A DNA stretch of 61,208 nucleotides, filler included, from a candidate division TA06 bacterium SM23_40 (GTDB lineage: Bacteria; LJUI01; SM1-40), in the NCBI GenBank assembly GCA_001303705.1. It is 5 parts of 5 records of this genome, joined end to end, with 100 filler letters (N's around TTAATTAATTAA, not from the genome) between each part and the next. Parts side by side here need not be neighbours in the genome. Positions count along the whole stretch, not along the records: positions 55,834 to 61,208 come from LJUI01000173.1; 4 more parts are not named here. The stretch is one strand, 5' to 3'. A program made the translations under genes and the position numbers. Positions 59,352-61,208 of this stretch are shown piece after piece; the stretch's first letter is position 1, and each line of letters begins with the position of its first letter. The notes below the pieces were generated by a model, which had not been told where the DNA came from, did not search any database, and saw only the letters and a list, made by a program, of their open reading frames with translations.

Positions 59352-60818
59352 ATGAAGACGGCGACGGTCTTGCTGGTGTTGCTGGTTGCGGTAACGGCGA
59401 GCGGCCAGATCATGTTCGAGCGGACCTACGGTGGCTCGGCCTGGGACGTGGGTAGTTCGGTCGGTAGAACAGACGACGGGGGGTATATCGTTGCTGGAGA
59501 AACCTATTCCTTCGGCTCAGGCGGCGCGGATGTCTATCTGATCAAGACAGACGGACTGGGCGACACCCTCTGGACGCGCACCTACGGCGGCTCGCAGGAT
59601 GATATCAGCTATTCGGTCGAGCAGACGGGCGACGGAGGGTACATCATCGCGGGATATACCGACTCGTTCGGTGCGGGCGAGGAGGATGTATATCTGGTCA
59701 AGACGGACGGAGCAGGCGACACAGTCTGGACGAGGGCCTTCGGCGGCCCCGAACCTGACTTTGGGAATTCGGTGGAGGCGACGGACGATGGAGGGTGCAT
59801 CGTCATTGGGATCACGAGTTCCTTCGGCGCAGGCAGCTATGATTTCTATTTGATCAAGACGGACGGAGCGGGGGACACGTTGTGGACGCAGACCTTTGGC
59901 GGCTCAGAGTATGATTATGGCAGTTCGGTTAAGCAGACGAGCGATGGGGGGTACGTCGTTGCCGGACACGTCAACTCCTTCGGAGTAGGGAGCGAGGATA
60001 TCTATTTGATCAAGCTAGATGCTGCGGGGGACACGTTGTGGACACGGACCTACGGCGGGTCGGGCCCGGATGGGGGCCGTTCAGTTGAGCAGACGGATGA
60101 CGGTGGGTACATCATCGCCGGAGATACCCGCTCCTTCGGTGCAGGGGTGTGGGATGTGTATCTGATCAAGACGGATGCTGTGGGGGATACGAGCTGGACG
60201 CGCGCCTTCGGCGGCCTGGACGATGAGCAGGCGTATTCGGTTGACCAGACGGAGGATGGGGGGTACATCCTCGCAGGTTACACGAAATCATTCGGTGCGG
60301 GCCAGGAGGATGTCTATCTGATCAGAACGGACGCTGCGGGCGATACGCTGTGGACGAGGACCTTCGGCGGCTCAGACATTGATTACAGTTATTCCGTCCA
60401 GGCGACGGACGATGGGGGATACATCATCGCTGGAAGGACTCGTTCCTTCGGCGGGGGCAACGCCGATGTCTACCTGATCAAGACCGACCCTGATGGATAT
60501 GTGCGGGTCGGCGGGGATCGCTATGAGATCCCTCGGTCTCGATATCTGTACCTTTCCCAGAATCGTCCCAATCCGTTCGGGTCGAGCACAACGATATCCT
60601 ATTCGCTCGCAGCCGCGGCACAGGTCAGGTTGGCCGTGTACGATATCCGCGGTGCTCGTGTGCGGGAACTGGCCTCCGGGACCGCACCCGCTGGTTCACA
60701 TCAGGTGGCGTGGGATGGACGTGACGAGCGGGGGAGGAAGGTTGGCTCCGGCATCTACTTCTGCCGGCTGGAGGCGGGCGAGCGCAGCGCGACGAGACGC
60801 ATGGTTTTGTTGCGATAG
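59352..60818 (+). CDS. secreted 7-repeat beta-propeller protein with a C-terminal FlgD-Ig/T9SS-like sorting domain
   Basis: Signal peptide, seven 52-aa repeats, then QNRPNPF...YDIRG...WDGRD...SGIYF. Confidence 0.9.
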   Translation: MKTATVLLVLLVAVTASGQIMFERTYGGSAWDVGSSVGRTDDGGYIVAGETYSFGSGGADVYLIKTDGLGDTLWTRTYGGSQDDISYSVEQTGDGGYIIAGYTDSFGAGEEDVYLVKTDGAGDTVWTRAFGGPEPDFGNSVEATDDGGCIVIGITSSFGAGSYDFYLIKTDGAGDTLWTQTFGGSEYDYGSSVKQTSDGGYVVAGHVNSFGVGSEDIYLIKLDAAGDTLWTRTYGGSGPDGGRSVEQTDDGGYIIAGDTRSFGAGVWDVYLIKTDAVGDTSWTRAFGGLDDEQAYSVDQTEDGGYILAGYTKSFGAGQEDVYLIRTDAAGDTLWTRTFGGSDIDYSYSVQATDDGGYIIAGRTRSFGGGNADVYLIKTDPDGYVRVGGDRYEIPRSRYLYLSQNRPNPFGSSTTISYSLAAAAQVRLAVYDIRGARVRELASGTAPAGSHQVAWDGRDERGRKVGSGIYFCRLEAGERSATRRMVLLR

Positions 60819-60873
60819 TATCATGTGACCCTATGAGGCAGCAGGCAGAACGGATTCTGAGAGAGGAGAGGAT

Positions 60874-61208
60874 ATGAGAACGTTGATACTTCTGATGGTT
60901 CTGCTGGTTCCGCTCGGTGCGAACGCGCAGACTACGTTCGAGCGCACGTACGGCGGTTCGGGTGACGACTATGCCTATTCGGTTGCCGAGACGGACGATG
61001 GTGGGTACATCGTCGCCGGATGGACCTGGTCCTTCGGCCCGGGCATACCGGATATCTATCTGGTCAAGACAGACGGAGCGGGGGATACGGTCTGGACGCG
61101 GGCCTACGGCGGCTCACTGGGTGATTTTAGCTATTCAGTTGAGCAGACGGATGATGGTGGGTATGTCGTCGCTGGATACACCTTTTCGTTCGGCGCGGGG
61201 GTCGCCGA
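60874..61208 (+). CDS. paralogous secreted repeat beta-propeller protein (3' truncated; absent from the ORF track)
   Basis: MRTLILLMVLLVPLGANAQTTFERTYGGSGDDYAYSV... with the same 52-aa repeat; RBS present. Confidence 0.9.
   Translation, partial: MRTLILLMVLLVPLGANAQTTFERTYGGSGDDYAYSVAETDDGGYIVAGWTWSFGPGIPDIYLVKTDGAGDTVWTRAYGGSLGDFSYSVEQTDDGGYVVAGYTFSFGAGVA

Noticed and set aside
59352-61208. Diversity-generating retroelement
   Set aside because: No reverse transcriptase or non-coding template repeat is visible in the window.
1-61208. Frequent GATCG/CGATCG words as a HIP-like repeat; selenocysteine or programmed frameshift candidates
   Set aside because: The words are plausibly explained by ATC-GAN codon usage and were not quantified. 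I saw no recognisable gene interrupted by an in-frame TGA or a frameshift.

Overview
This window is not one continuous locus. Four artificial linkers (44 N + TTAATTAATTAA + 44 N) at 18231-18330, 32825-32924, 38020-38119 and 55734-55833 join five contig fragments, so adjacency across them means nothing. The DNA is GC-rich and comes from a two-membrane bacterium: it encodes a TonB-dependent receptor, a porin and secreted proteins with an FlgD/T9SS-like C-terminal domain. An uncultured FCB-superphylum-type lineage is an inference only. Fragment 1 is a translationally coupled Wzx/Wzy exopolysaccharide locus with six putative tailoring enzymes. Fragment 2 holds a TPR fragment, S8 and M14 peptidases, an NrnA-like DHH protein, lepB, grpE-dnaK-dnaJ-rsmE and rpsU. 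Fragment 3 holds a divergent SucC/SucD-like ligase, a citryl-CoA lyase-like protein, an HD protein and tryptophanase. Fragment 4 holds phoBR-porin-pstSCA with 11-bp-period PHO-box-like repeats, a regulator/LolA-like/LolCDE-like/barrel operon, and GNAT, UDG-like and 4Fe-4S genes. Fragment 5 holds a TonB receptor and tandem repeat beta-propeller proteins. The best leads are the putative citryl-CoA synthetase/lyase-HD-tnaA cluster, the EPS acyl/amide tailoring module, three unexplained non-coding periodic arrays (26, 28 and 52 bp) and a candidate structured RNA at about 54955-55294. I recognised no rRNA, tRNA, CRISPR array or mobile element. All calls come from reading motifs by eye; no searches were run.
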